From: Alphaproteobacteria bacterium
Lineage (GTDB): Bacteria; Pseudomonadota; Alphaproteobacteria; MPNO01
NCBI GenBank assembly: GCA_964291675.2
Contig: OZ219866.1
Location: 3,592,461 to 3,656,460, forward strand
Length of the DNA stretch: 64,000 bases
Reading direction: 5' to 3'
The position numbers and the translations under genes are program-made. Positions 9,189-20,000 of the stretch are shown piece after piece (position 1 is the first letter of the stretch; every line of letters begins with the position of its first letter). The notes beneath the pieces are model-generated. The model did not search any database and was not told where the DNA came from. It saw only the letters and a list, made by a program, of their open reading frames with translations.

Positions 9189-10910
9189 TCACCCCGCCCG
9201 GTCGGCGATCAGCGCATCGGCGATCTTCTCGGCGCACATGATGGTGGGGATGTTGGTGTTGGCGCGCGGCACGCAGGGGAACAGCGAGGCGTCGCAAACG
9301 GTCAGCCCGTCGACGCCGTAGACCGCGCCCGACGGGTCGGTCACCGCCATCGGATCGTCGGCCGCGCCCATCCGGCAGGTGCCGGACGGGTGCCAGCAGC
9401 CGGTGACGTTCCCGCGCACGTAGTCCTCCATCCGCTTCTCGTCGCCGAGCAGGTCGGCGAGGGTATCGCCCATGGTGATCAGGTTGCGGATCGCCGAGCG
9501 CCGCACCGGGCCGGGCAGGTCGAGAATGGCGCCGAGGATGGTGGTGAGGATGTGGTTCCTGGTCGTCACCGCGCCGATCTTCTTGACCCGCTCCGAATAG
9601 GCGCTCGGGAACGGGTCGCGGGCGATGCGCCGGAGCGCCGGATGGTCGAAATACCCCGCGAGCCGCCTTATCCCCTGGGTCAGGCGGTCATAGTCCCGCC
9701 GGTCGGACAGCATGTTGAAATCGACGTCCGGCTCGGCCCCGGGCTCGGCGCTCGCCAGCTTCAGCCGGCCGCGCGAATAGGGCTTGTTGCACCACATCAG
9801 GAAGGAGCCGAGCCGCACCCCCACGGGATGCCAGCCCGACTTAGCGGTCACCGAGACATACATGTCGCCCGGCCCGCATTCGGCCACCCCGGAAGAGTAG
9901 CGGAAGGCGATATGGGCGTGCCGCCGATCCGGCGCGTTCAGCCGCGCGCCGCTCGAAAGATAGGCGGAGACCGCGAGCGTCGGGTGCTCGTTCAGATTGG
10001 CGCCGACGCCCGGCCGGTCGGCGAGGACCTCGATGCCGAGCTCGCGCAGATCGCCCGCCGGGCCGACGCCCGAGCGCATCAGCAGCGGCGGCGTGTGCAG
10101 CGCGCCCGACGAGACGACGATGCGCTGGCCGCGGATCTCGTGGGCCGCGCCGCGATGCCGCACGCGCGCGCCGACCGCGCGCCTGCCCTCGAAGACCAGC
10201 CGCTCGACCGTGGTCTCCGGCACGATGTGGAGGTTGGGCCGATCGCGCGTCCCGGCGTCGAGGAACCCCATCGCCGCCGACGCGCGCTGCTCGTTCTTGT
10301 TGGAGATCGCGCAGGCGAACCAGCCGTCCTCGAAACGCCCGTTCTGGTCGGGCAGCGGCTTGAGGCCGTCATCGGTCAGGGCCCGCGAGACCGCGCGCGA
10401 GAAATCGGTCCATTGCGGCTCCGGCACCCGGCGGACCGGGATCGGCCCGTCTTTGCCGTGGAATTCGTCGTCGATGTCCTGGTCGGTCTCGAGCTTCCTG
10501 AAATAGGGCAGCACGTCGTCCCAGCCCCAGCCCCGCGCGCCGAGCCGCTCCCACTCGTCGTAGTCGAGCGGCGAGCCGCGATTGGCCATCTGGGCGTTGA
10601 TCGACGAGCCGCCGCCGACCACGCGAGCCTGCTCCATGAAGCGGGGGGTGCGCCGGTCCGGCCGGTTGCTCGGGCTGTGCGAGAGCCGCACCCGCAGATC
10701 GCTCCAGTGATAGGCCGGGTTGAAGGCCGCGCCCAGCGCGTAGGAGCTGCGGATGTCCGCGGGCTCGGTTCCCGGCGGGTGGTCCTTGCCCGCCTCGATC
10801 AGCGCGACCTCGCTCCCGCAGTCCGCCGACAGCCGGTTGGCCAGTGTGCAGCCGGCCGAGCCGCCGCCGAGGATCACGTAGTCGAAGCGTCTGGAAAAAA
10901 TCTCGGACAC
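9189..10910 (-). CDS. GMC-family FAD oxidoreductase (choline-dehydrogenase-like)
   Basis: DYVILGGGSAG, GGGSSINAQ, WHPSGTCRMG and ANTNIPTIM motifs. Confidence 0.93.
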   Translation of the reverse strand: MSEIFSRRFDYVILGGGSAGCTLANRLSADCGSEVALIEAGKDHPPGTEPADIRSSYALGAAFNPAYHWSDLRVRLSHSPSNRPDRRTPRFMEQARVVGGGSSINAQMANRGSPLDYDEWERLGARGWGWDDVLPYFRKLETDQDIDDEFHGKDGPIPVRRVPEPQWTDFSRAVSRALTDDGLKPLPDQNGRFEDGWFACAISNKNEQRASAAMGFLDAGTRDRPNLHIVPETTVERLVFEGRRAVGARVRHRGAAHEIRGQRIVVSSGALHTPPLLMRSGVGPAGDLRELGIEVLADRPGVGANLNEHPTLAVSAYLSSGARLNAPDRRHAHIAFRYSSGVAECGPGDMYVSVTAKSGWHPVGVRLGSFLMWCNKPYSRGRLKLASAEPGAEPDVDFNMLSDRRDYDRLTQGIRRLAGYFDHPALRRIARDPFPSAYSERVKKIGAVTTRNHILTTILGAILDLPGPVRRSAIRNLITMGDTLADLLGDEKRMEDYVRGNVTGCWHPSGTCRMGAADDPMAVTDPSGAVYGVDGLTVCDASLFPCVPRANTNIPTIMCAEKIADALIADRAG

Positions 10911-10929
10911 CGCCCGGGCTCCTTCCTGT

Positions 10930-12327
10930 TCAGTCGAGAAAATCGCGCGGATCGACCTCCGCCAGGTTGAGCGGCATCGCCGGCGCGAAACGGCCGCGCG
11001 CCGCCTCGTCCGCCGGCATGGTCGCGTCGATGACGGTCTTGGTGCCGATCCGGTACATCGGGCTCATCCCCGGCACGATGTCGGAGACGTTGTCGAGCGA
11101 CCAGATGCGGGTGTTGGGGATGCGGATCACGTCGCGTTCGGCATGGACGCGCGTGGTCAGCGACCAGAACACCTGGCGCAGATCGCCCGCGTCGATGTCC
11201 TCGTCGACCGCGATCGCGAGCTTGGGGTGGAGATAGGGGCTCGACAGCGCCGCCATCAGCGCCGTCTTGGCCTGTCCCTCGACCCTGGGCCGGAGCTTGA
11301 GCACCACCGCCATCAGCCCCGAGATGCCGAGCAGCCGCACGTCCTTGAGGTCGAGCCCGCCTTCGACCGAGCGCAGATGGTCGGTCACCACGGTCTCGAT
11401 GCAGGTGCCGGTGATCGACTGGGTGTCGGTCATCGGGATGCCGCACTGCATCGAATAGAACATCGGCTCGCTGCGGTGGGTGACCGCCTTGACCCGAAAG
11501 ATCTCGGTCGAGCCCTCCATGGCATAGGTGCCGGTGGCCTCGCCGAACGGGCCTTCCGGCGTCATGCCGGTCGGCGCGACCTCGCCTTCGAGGACGATCT
11601 CCGCCTCCGCCGGGACCTCCATGTCGATGGTCTCGCACTTGACCAGCCGCACCGGGTCGCCGAGCAGCGCGCCCGCGACGGTGAGCTCGTCGAGCCCGTA
11701 GGACGAGGTGAACCCGGCGGCGTAGTAGAGCGCGGGATGCGCGCCGATCACCATCGCCACCGGCATCGGCTCGCCCCGCGCCTGGTACATCTGGTAGATG
11801 CGCAGCGCGTGGCGCGGGCAGATCAGGAACCCGGTCGTGTCGGGACCGAGGATCTGCATCCGGTGGATCGACATGTTGCGGATCCCGGTCTCGGGGTCCT
11901 TGATGATCGCCATGCCGGACGCGATGTAGGGGCCGGGGTCGCGTTCCGAGTGCCAGACCGCCGGCAGCGCCGTCAGGTCGACCGCGCCGCCGCGCTTGAC
12001 GACCTCCCTGACCGGCGCGCCCGCCGGGTCGATGACGACCGGCTCGACGGGTTCTCTTATCCGTTCGCCGAGGGTCGGGATCAGGGTGTCGGGCTCGACG
12101 CCGAGCGCGATCGCCCATTTGCGCCGGTCGGCGATCACCTGGGCGCAGATCCGCCAGCCCGGGAAGCCTTCGAGGTTGGAGAACAGCGCCGACTTGCCGA
12201 GCCGGTCGTAGGTCTTCCACGACAGCGCCGAGACGTTGCCGTGCGGATCGACCGGGCTGGTGAAATGGATCAGCTCGCCCTGCTGCTCGAGATTCCGGAC
12301 ATGCCCCCGTATCGACTGGTCGCGCAT
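10930..12327 (-). CDS. UbiD-family (de)carboxylase, second paralogue
   Basis: DPGPYIASG, RNMSIHR, EGPFGEATGTY and AVDEDID motifs; start set at MRDQSIR because the upstream ORF extension runs through REP DNA. Confidence 0.9.
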   Translation of the reverse strand: MRDQSIRGHVRNLEQQGELIHFTSPVDPHGNVSALSWKTYDRLGKSALFSNLEGFPGWRICAQVIADRRKWAIALGVEPDTLIPTLGERIREPVEPVVIDPAGAPVREVVKRGGAVDLTALPAVWHSERDPGPYIASGMAIIKDPETGIRNMSIHRMQILGPDTTGFLICPRHALRIYQMYQARGEPMPVAMVIGAHPALYYAAGFTSSYGLDELTVAGALLGDPVRLVKCETIDMEVPAEAEIVLEGEVAPTGMTPEGPFGEATGTYAMEGSTEIFRVKAVTHRSEPMFYSMQCGIPMTDTQSITGTCIETVVTDHLRSVEGGLDLKDVRLLGISGLMAVVLKLRPRVEGQAKTALMAALSSPYLHPKLAIAVDEDIDAGDLRQVFWSLTTRVHAERDVIRIPNTRIWSLDNVSDIVPGMSPMYRIGTKTVIDATMPADEAARGRFAPAMPLNLAEVDPRDFLD

Positions 12328-12419
12328 CGCCCCTCCCGCCCGGCGGCCGATCCTAGAGCATTTGCGGATCGAGTCGAGGCGGGGCGGCGCGTCCCCTTTC
12401 GACGCCGTGGCACATCGCC

Positions 12420-12860
12420 CGTCATGCCCGGACTTGATCCGGGCACCCACTGGCGCCGCCGCCTCTCCCGACGGGGCGTTGTACCGGTGGCGCCAGTGGT
12501 TGCGCGGATCAAGTCCGCGCATGGGTGGCCGGATCAAGTCCGGCCATGACGGGGTGGTGGTGGCGGTGGAGGAGTACGGGAGCCGGGGGCGGACCGCCCC
12601 GCCCGTGGGTGCCCAGAACGAGGCCGGCGTGACAACGGAGGGGCAGGGACGGCGAGTGCGGGCGTGCGCCGATCCGTGTCCCGATCCGGCGGATGCGCCG
12701 ATATCCCGCCCGGAACAAGGCTTTGCGCCCGGTCCAGCGCATCTAAACGGACAGCAGTGGACTTGATCCGGGCATCCATGGGCGGTACAGGAAGAGCCGG
12801 GTGCGGCCCGCGTCGAGAATCCAAACCGGACAGCGGTGGACCAAGCCCGGCCATGACGCG
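12420..12860. repeat. Second REP-like cluster (GTCATGCCCGGACTTGATCCGGGCA family)
   Basis: Units at ~12420-12450, 12505-12552, 12748-12780 and 12827-12859 in alternating orientation. Confidence 0.82.
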
Positions 12861-12912
12861 GTTGGGAAGGGTGCGAAGGCACGCGAACTTCGACGCCGGA
12901 CAGGAGGCGGGC

Positions 12913-13224
12913 ATGGTTGCGGCTCAGGGCATTCGGATGAAGAACCCGGCGCATCCGGGCGGGTTCGTCAAGAGCGAGATCGTCGAGGCTCCCGGACTGT
13001 CGGTGACCGACGCTGCGCGGATGCTGGGAGTCACCCGGCCCGCGCTGTCGGCGCTGCTCAACGAGCGGGCGAGTCTTTCGCCCGAAATGGCGCTCAGGAT
13101 CGAGAAGGTCTTCGGCGTATCCATGGATACGCTGCTGCGGATGCAGACCAGTCACGACATCGCCCGAATTCGCCGGCGCGAGGGCGAAATCCAGCTTGCA
13201 CCGTTCGCGGAGCGGACCGGCTGA
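12913..13224 (+). CDS. higA: HigA-family antitoxin (Xre HTH), orphan
   Basis: MKNPAHPG...LSVTDAARMLGVTRPALSALLNERASLSPEMALRIEK signature; GGAGG RBS at 12903. Confidence 0.88.
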   Translation: MVAAQGIRMKNPAHPGGFVKSEIVEAPGLSVTDAARMLGVTRPALSALLNERASLSPEMALRIEKVFGVSMDTLLRMQTSHDIARIRRREGEIQLAPFAERTG

Positions 13225-13303
13225 GCACGAACCGGCGCGGGGCCGGAGCGAGGCTCGCGACTTCCCGTCTATTCGCTCGACAAGGTGCTTGAGAGGGCGT
13301 TGC

Positions 13304-14320
13304 CTAGCGGAAGGTGAGCGTCACCATCAGCGGCCGGTGGTCGGAGACGCCCCTGTCCGGAGTCGGGCCGGTGCTGGCGCGGATGCCGCCCCGCTTGGCC
13401 GCAGTGACGATCGACCGGGAGAGCAGGATGTGGTCCAGCTGTTCGCGAAGTCCCCGGAATTCCACCGTCCAGCGTTCGCCGTCGTCCCGGAAATATCGGT
13501 GGTGGCCGGTCTGCACCAGGTCGGGCCAGATGTCGTCGAGCCCGCGCACGCGGCGGATCGCCGGATCGCCCCTGCGGTCGTTGAGGTCGCCGGCGACGAT
13601 GACGTGCTCGCCCGCGTTGATCGCCGCAAGCGTGAGGCGGCGCAGGATCGACGCCTGGGCGATGCGTTGCGCGTCCTGCCAGTGGCCGCCGCGCTCGCTC
13701 GCGAAGTGAACGGCATAGAGCCGGAACGCCCGCCCGGCCACTTCCAGGCGCACGGCGAGACCCTTGGAAATCCCCGTCTCCGCCTCGGACTCCGGGTCGT
13801 CGAGCTCCTCGAAATAGCCCTCGCGGCCCGGCAGGCGGCGCATCGCATCGGTCAGCGGGAAGCGCGAGAAGACCGCGACATGCTGCGCCGTCCGCCGCGC
13901 CGTGCAGTCGCAGATCTCGACATGCGGGAAATCCGCCCCTTCGGCGGCCAGGCGGTCCCTGAGCTCCAGCACGTCGCGCCTGCCGCCCACCTCGGTCAGC
14001 GCCAGCACGTCGGCCGGGACGCGACGGGCGAGGTAGCGCGCGACCCGCGCCGTCGCCTCGGCGAATTTTCCGTCCCGGTAGCCGGGCGCGTCCCAAATCT
14101 CCCGGTCCCGCTTGCGCAGGTCGAAGGGGTAGCCGAACTTCAGGTGCACTTTCGGGCGGGTGAGGAACTCCGCGTTGAAGGTCGCCACGGTAAGGGTGCC
14201 CGCCCCGGCAGGCGCGGAGAGCAACAGCGCCGCGCTAGCGCCAACGATGCGCGCGCCCCGGGCGAACCCGCCCGGGGCGAGAAAGAAAGAATGCGCCCGG
14301 ATGTCGGCAAACATCCTCAT
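13304..14320 (-). CDS. Secreted endonuclease/exonuclease/phosphatase (EEP) family protein
   Basis: Signal-peptide-like N-terminus; VATFNAEFL, LALTEV, AGDLND, LDHIL and SDHRP motifs. Confidence 0.9.
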   Translation of the reverse strand: MRMFADIRAHSFFLAPGGFARGARIVGASAALLLSAPAGAGTLTVATFNAEFLTRPKVHLKFGYPFDLRKRDREIWDAPGYRDGKFAEATARVARYLARRVPADVLALTEVGGRRDVLELRDRLAAEGADFPHVEICDCTARRTAQHVAVFSRFPLTDAMRRLPGREGYFEELDDPESEAETGISKGLAVRLEVAGRAFRLYAVHFASERGGHWQDAQRIAQASILRRLTLAAINAGEHVIVAGDLNDRRGDPAIRRVRGLDDIWPDLVQTGHHRYFRDDGERWTVEFRGLREQLDHILLSRSIVTAAKRGGIRASTGPTPDRGVSDHRPLMVTLTFR

Positions 14321-14733
14321 GTTCCCAAAATTGATCTGCGCCGATTGGAAATAGTATCGACAGTCCTTGCTATGGAATCCATGTTGGATATTGGAGAAAG
14401 GAATTCGAACATTAGCCTAATACTGTATCCCCCCTGCAAGTCGACGGGAGATCGCGGCCCGGCCATGACATCGCCCTGCGGATCGGGGCGTGCGCCCGGA
14501 CCTGAATTGTACTCTATTTTGTAACAACCGATCAAAAGTGCAAGTACAAAAGAGGAACATTAATCAAACGGAGCAATTTCTGCGCGCCAAGGGGCACCAT
14601 CCCGGTCGGTTTGCCGCGGTCGCGCGGTGAAGCTGCGGGGAGGTTGCACCGCCGTCTATCGTGGCCGCGCGGATATCTGGCCGTGCCGCGCGCGGGTGTC
14701 GTATAGTCGGCGAAAGCGGGGAGGGGAGGCGTC

Positions 14734-15771
14734 GTGGAGCCCAGGATTCTGCCGACCACCGTGGTCGGAAGTCACGTTCAGCCCGACTGGCTGGTCGACC
14801 GCGAGAATTTGAAGAGCCGGCTGCCGCCAAGGGTGCGGGCGCGCGAGATCTGGAAGGTGCCGGAAGACGCGCTGGAGGAGGCGCAGGACACCGCGACGCT
14901 CGCCGCGATCCACGACTTCGAGCATGCCGGCATCGACATCATCACCGACGGCGAGATGCGCCGCGAGAGCTATTCCAACCGCGTCGCCACCGCGCTCGGC
15001 GGAGTCGACATCGACACGCCTGGCACCGCGATCGACCGCACCGGCCACCCCAACCCGGTGCCCCGCATCGCGGGCCCGATCCACCGGGCGCGGCCCATCG
15101 AGGTGCGCGACGCCGAGTTCCTGGTCGCCAACACCGACCGGATGACCAAGATCACCGTGCCCGGGCCGTTCACCATGACCCAGCAGGCGCAGAACGACCA
15201 TTACGACACCGACGAGGCGGCGGCGATGGATTATGCCGCCGCGATGAACGAGGAGATCAAGGCGCTGTTCGCCGCCGGGGTCGACGTGGTCCAGCTCGAC
15301 GAGCCCTATATGCAGGCGAGGCCGGAGATCGCCAGGTCATACGCGGTCAAGGCGATCGACCGCGCGCTGGAGGGCGTCGAGGGGACGACGGCGGTGCATC
15401 TCTGCTTCGGCTACGCCCACATCGTGCACGAGAAGGGGAGCGCGTACTCGTTCCTGCCGGAGCTGGAGAACGCGGCGGTCGACCAGGTCTCGATCGAGGC
15501 CGCGCAGCCCGGGCTCGACCTCGGGATCCTGGAAAGACTTCCGTCGAAGACCGTGATCCTCGGCGTGCTGAATCTCGGCGACCCCGAAGTGGAGACGGCC
15601 GAGACGGTGGCCGCGCGCATCCGCCGGGCGCTCGAAGTCCTGCCGCCGGAGCGCATCGTGGTGGCGCCCGATTGCGGGATGAAGTATCTCGACCGCGACA
15701 CCGCGCTCGGCAAGCTCAGGGCGATGGTCGCCGGCGCCGACATCGTGCGCCGCGAGATCGGCGGCGAGTAA
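14734..15771 (+). CDS. Cobalamin-independent methionine synthase-like protein (single-barrel MetE core, Zn thiol-alkyl transferase family)
   Basis: TTVVGS, DIITDGEMRRES, QLDEP; Zn ligands HLCFG...E...APDCG; only 345 aa. Confidence 0.87.
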   Translation: MEPRILPTTVVGSHVQPDWLVDRENLKSRLPPRVRAREIWKVPEDALEEAQDTATLAAIHDFEHAGIDIITDGEMRRESYSNRVATALGGVDIDTPGTAIDRTGHPNPVPRIAGPIHRARPIEVRDAEFLVANTDRMTKITVPGPFTMTQQAQNDHYDTDEAAAMDYAAAMNEEIKALFAAGVDVVQLDEPYMQARPEIARSYAVKAIDRALEGVEGTTAVHLCFGYAHIVHEKGSAYSFLPELENAAVDQVSIEAAQPGLDLGILERLPSKTVILGVLNLGDPEVETAETVAARIRRALEVLPPERIVVAPDCGMKYLDRDTALGKLRAMVAGADIVRREIGGE

Positions 15772-15782
15772 GGGGGAGGACG

Positions 15783-16088
15783 ATGCAGAGACAGCACGAC
15801 ATGGGGGGCATGCCGGCCGGCCCGGTCGACCCCGAGAGCCCGCCGACCAGGCCGTGGGCCAAGCTGCTCACCGCGACGGTGAACGCGCTCCGCGAGGAGA
15901 AGCTGATGACCGTCGACGAGATGCGCCGCGCGCTGGAGGACCTGCCGGAGGAGCAGTACGACCTCTACTATTTCGAGCGCTGGGCCGAGGCGCTGAGCGA
16001 TCTGCTGGAGGAGAAGGGGCTGGCGACCCACGCCGAGATCGAGTCCCGGATGGAAGCGATACGGCGCCGGCTGGAGGGCGGGACATGA
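15783..16088 (+). CDS. Nitrile hydratase beta N-terminal-half homologue (thiocyanate hydrolase ScnB-like)
   Basis: HDMGG, DEMRRALE and YYFERW motifs; strong RBS; 11 nt after the MetE-like gene. Confidence 0.85.
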   Translation: MQRQHDMGGMPAGPVDPESPPTRPWAKLLTATVNALREEKLMTVDEMRRALEDLPEEQYDLYYFERWAEALSDLLEEKGLATHAEIESRMEAIRRRLEGGT

Positions 16089-16387
16089 CCGGCCCAACCC
16101 CCGAGGAGCGCCGCTTCGAGGTCGGCGACACGGTCAGGATCGCGCTCAGCCACCCGCCCGGCCATCGGCGGACGCCGTTCTATATCCGCGGCAAGACCGG
16201 GATCATCGAGCGCTATTGCGGCGCCTTCCCGAACCCCGAGGAGCTCGCCTACGGGTTCGACGGCGAGCCGAGGCGGCACCTCTACCGGGTGCGGTTCCGG
16301 CAGCACGACATCTGGGACCGCTATGACGGTCCGGAGCGGGACACGCTCGATCTGGAAATCTTTCAGCACTGGCTGGAACGGGTCTAG
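16085..16387 (+). CDS. Nitrile hydratase beta C-terminal SH3-like homologue (ScnA-like)
   Basis: FEVGDTVR...GHRRTPFYIRGKTG...YRVRF...W...EIFQHWLE; ATGA overlap with the upstream gene. Confidence 0.87.
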   Translation: MTGPTPEERRFEVGDTVRIALSHPPGHRRTPFYIRGKTGIIERYCGAFPNPEELAYGFDGEPRRHLYRVRFRQHDIWDRYDGPERDTLDLEIFQHWLERV

Positions 16388-16397
16388 GAGACAGGAG

Positions 16398-17048
16398 ATG
16401 GCGGAAGACGAAAGGGGCCACGCGGAGGTCCACCACCACGACCACGAGGTCGCGCCGGAGAACCGCGATGTCGAGGAGACCGGCCATTACGAGCTGATGG
16501 CGACCGCGATCCGCGACCTGCTGGTCGAGAAGGGGGTGGTCACGCCCGAGCAGATCCGCACCCAGCTCGAATTCATGGACTCGCGGGGGCCCGCGGTCGG
16601 CGCACGGATCGTCGCCAAGGCCTGGACCGACCCGGCGTTCAGGGAGCGGCTGCTCGACGACGGCACCGCGGCGGTCGCCGAGCTCGGCATCCCGATGGCC
16701 GGGACCGAGCTGGTGGTGGTCGAGAACACGCCCGATGCGCACAACATGATCGTGTGCACGCTGTGCTCGTGCTACCCGCGGACCATCCTCGGCCTGCCGC
16801 CCGACTGGTACAAGTCGAAGTCCTACCGCTCGCGCGCGGTCATCGAGCCGCGCGCGGTGCTGAAGGAGTTCGGCACCGAGATCCCCGACGGCGTCACCGT
16901 CCGGGTGCATGACAGCAACGCCGACATGCGCTACCTCGTCCTGCCGATGCGCCCCGGGGGAACGGAAGGCTGGGACGCCGAGCGCCTCGCCGGCATCGTC
17001 ACCCGCGACTGCATGGTGGGAACCGCGCTTCCCGACGCGGCGGGCTGA
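16398..17048 (+). CDS. Co-type nitrile hydratase alpha / thiocyanate hydrolase gamma subunit
   Basis: Metal-binding motif VCTLCSCYP; GARIVAKAWTDP; PPDWYKS. Confidence 0.92.
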   Translation: MAEDERGHAEVHHHDHEVAPENRDVEETGHYELMATAIRDLLVEKGVVTPEQIRTQLEFMDSRGPAVGARIVAKAWTDPAFRERLLDDGTAAVAELGIPMAGTELVVVENTPDAHNMIVCTLCSCYPRTILGLPPDWYKSKSYRSRAVIEPRAVLKEFGTEIPDGVTVRVHDSNADMRYLVLPMRPGGTEGWDAERLAGIVTRDCMVGTALPDAAG

Positions 17049-17074
17049 TCGGCGGCGCGGCGGCGGCGTGACGG

Positions 17075-20000
17075 CTACCAGGAGAGCCTGGAGCGCAGCA
17101 TGAATCCGTGGGCCGCGCGGTTGTCGTTGGCGGCCCTGCGGCGCGTCGCCTCGAGCCCCAGGTCGAAGGACATCCGGGCGGGTCGCGCCGGCGACAGGGT
17201 CCAGCCGATGCTGTAGTCGCGGCCCGTCCGGGAGAGTCCGAAACCCAGCCTCGGCGTCGCGGTGAAGCGGCTGCCGAAGGCGGGCAGGCCGTACCCGATC
17301 TCGCCGTCCAGCCGGCCCTCCGGACGGATGCCGGCATCGGCCGCGAGCGCCGCCGCGTCGCGCGCCGACCGCAACCGCCCCAACCCGCCCGGCGCGGGAC
17401 CCCAGCTCGGCGTCATGGTGAGGGACACCCCCCTTCCCGAGTCGTCCGGCGCGACGTGGAACGAGCCGCCGGCACGCCACTCCCGGTAGCCGCTCCGGCC
17501 GCGCAGCGCCAGCGTCTCCACCCGGCCCGAGGCCGAGATCCGGTTGGCGGCGAAGCGCAGGCCGGCGCCGATTTCCACGCCCAGCCCGTCACGCGCATCC
17601 GCGCCGTCATAGCGCAGCCCCATCTCGACGGAGGGGGTGAGCGTCGCGCCTTCGGCGACCCGAACGGCGCTCTCGCTCTCTACGCTGAGCCGGACCTGGG
17701 TCGCTTCGCCTTCCTCCCGCCGCAGGTGGGCGGTGGCATCCGATTGGATCCGCATCCACATCGCGTCGGATTTCAGCGTCACCTCCGTGCCGAGCGGTCC
17801 GGACGGTTCGAGAATTGCGCCTTCCAGCCCGGCGGCGCCCATCTGCATCCTGAGATCCGCGCGAAACGCGGGCATGCCCTCGGGGCGAAGCGAGACCTCG
17901 CCCCGGGCGGCGCCGGCCGTGCCCCAGGCGGACAGCCCCTCGCCGAGACGGAAACGCAGATAGGGGTAGGCGCCGGTCAAGTGGCCTTGCAGGTCGCCGC
18001 GGGGTCTGACCATGTCGGTTTTCGCGGAATAGGTTCCCTCGCCCTTGCTGAGCGAGACCAGCACCCCGGCGAGCGTTCGCGACCAGGCCAAGTCGACGCC
18101 GATCAGCCCGGTGACCGCCGCGCTGTCCAGATCGACGCCGTCGGACCGCTCGTCGATCCAATCGCCGACCGCGACGTTGCCCCATGCGGCGAACGCGGCG
18201 CCGTCGCCGGGGTCCCCGGCCGATGCGGCGTGGAAGCTGCTGCCGCGCAGAAACTCGCGCATGGTGGCGGTGCCCGTGCTGCGCCGCGGCTCGTTCTCCT
18301 CGTCCCGTCCGAGCCGGGCGTCGGGTTCCGGCGCGCGCGGGCCGGAGGATTCCGGGGTACCGCCGACCCGCGCGCCGCCCATGGTCACGTGCGACCCGCT
18401 GCGCTCGAACCTGTCGGCCAGCGCCTCCACGATCTGGCTCCCGACCATCCGTCCGAACCGGACGATCCAGACACGCAGCAGCGAGTCCCGGTCCTCGATC
18501 GTGCCGGTCGCCACGCCGTCGACGATGCGGGCGCCCGGAGACGGGTTGGACAGCGTGAACGTCATCGTCTCGCGGTGTTCGTGCTGGACGTCGTCGAGCA
18601 CCGGGACCTGCACGACCCGCGAGGTCACCCCGGCGGCGAAGTCGAGCGTGCCGCTCGCGGCCACATAGTCCTCCCCGGCCGTGGCGCTTCCGTCGCCCGT
18701 CGCGTATTCGACCGTCGTCGCGACGGTCCGCGACTGGCTCAGGGTCACCACGAAGCCGAGCGTCGCGCCCGGCGCTTCCCGGGTTTCCGCATCGGCGACG
18801 GAAAACGCGGCCTCGTCGGGCGTGTTCGGCGCCAGGGAGAGAGCCAACTCCGGCACCAAGTCGTCGTCCTGTATGGTGAGCGGTCCCTGGCCGGACGCGG
18901 TGCCGACCGCGAGATTGGCCGACGTGCCGGAGATGGAGACGGTCTCGTCGTCCTCGACGAGCGTGTCGTCCACGGGCGTGAGGGTGAACGTGGCGCTGCC
19001 CGAGGCCTGGCCGGCGGTCACCGTCAGGTCGAAATCCGCGACCTCGTCGAAATCGGTCCCCTCGATCGCCGTGCCGGAGCCGACCGAGACCCGGACCGTG
19101 GTGTCCTCCGACCGCGCGGCGCCGACCAGGGTCCCGGTCACCGTGACCCGCTGCGCGCCGCCGCCCTCGTCCAGCGTGTCCGGCGACCAGGAGAGCCTCA
19201 GCCCCAGCGTCGTGTCGTCGTCCTGAATGGTCAGCGGCCCCTGGCCGGACGCGGTGCCGACCGCGAGATTGTCCGTCGTGCCGGCGATGGCGACGGTCTC
19301 GTCGGCCTCTTCGAGCGTGTCGTCGACCGGCGTGAGGGTGAAGCTGGCGCTGCCCGAGGCCTGGCCGGCGGTCACCGTCAGGTCGAAATCCGCGACCTCG
19401 GCGAAATCGGTCCCTTCGATCGCCGTGCCGGAGCCGACCGAGACCCGGACCGTGACGTTCTCCGTCTGCGTGGCGCCGACCAGGGTCCCGGTCACCGTGA
19501 CCTGCTGCGCGCCGCCGCCCTCGTCCAGCGTGCTCGGCGACCAGGAGAGCCTCAGCCCCAGCGCCGTGTCGTCGTCCTGAATGGTCAGCGGCCCCTGGCC
19601 GGACGCGGTGCCGACCGGGAGGCCTCCCGCCGCGCCGGAGATGGCGACCGTTTCGTCGCCCTCTTCGAGCGTGTCGTCGACTGGGGCGAGGGTGACGCTG
19701 GCGCTGCCCGAGGCCTGGCCGCCGGTCACGGTGATGTCGAAATCCGCGACCTCGGCGAAATCGGTCCCCTCGATCGCCGTGCCGGAGCCGACCGAGACCC
19801 GGACCGTGACGTCCTCCGGCAGGGTGGCGCCGGTGAGCGTCGCGGTCACCGTGACCTGCTGCGCGCCGCCGCCCTCGTCCAGCGTGTCCGGCGACCAGGA
19901 GAGCTCGACCTGCGCCGTGTCGTCGTCCTCGATGGTCAGCGCAGCCTGGCCGGACACGGTGCCGACCGCGAGACCGTCCGCCGTGCCGGCGATGGCGACG

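Noticed and set aside
6611-12860. Repeat clusters as a CRISPR array
   Set aside because: Alternating orientation, irregular spacing and no cas genes; they fit REP elements
12328-13155. N-terminal extension making the second UbiD 741 aa
   Set aside because: The extension runs through REP DNA and antisense higA; an RBS precedes ATG 12327
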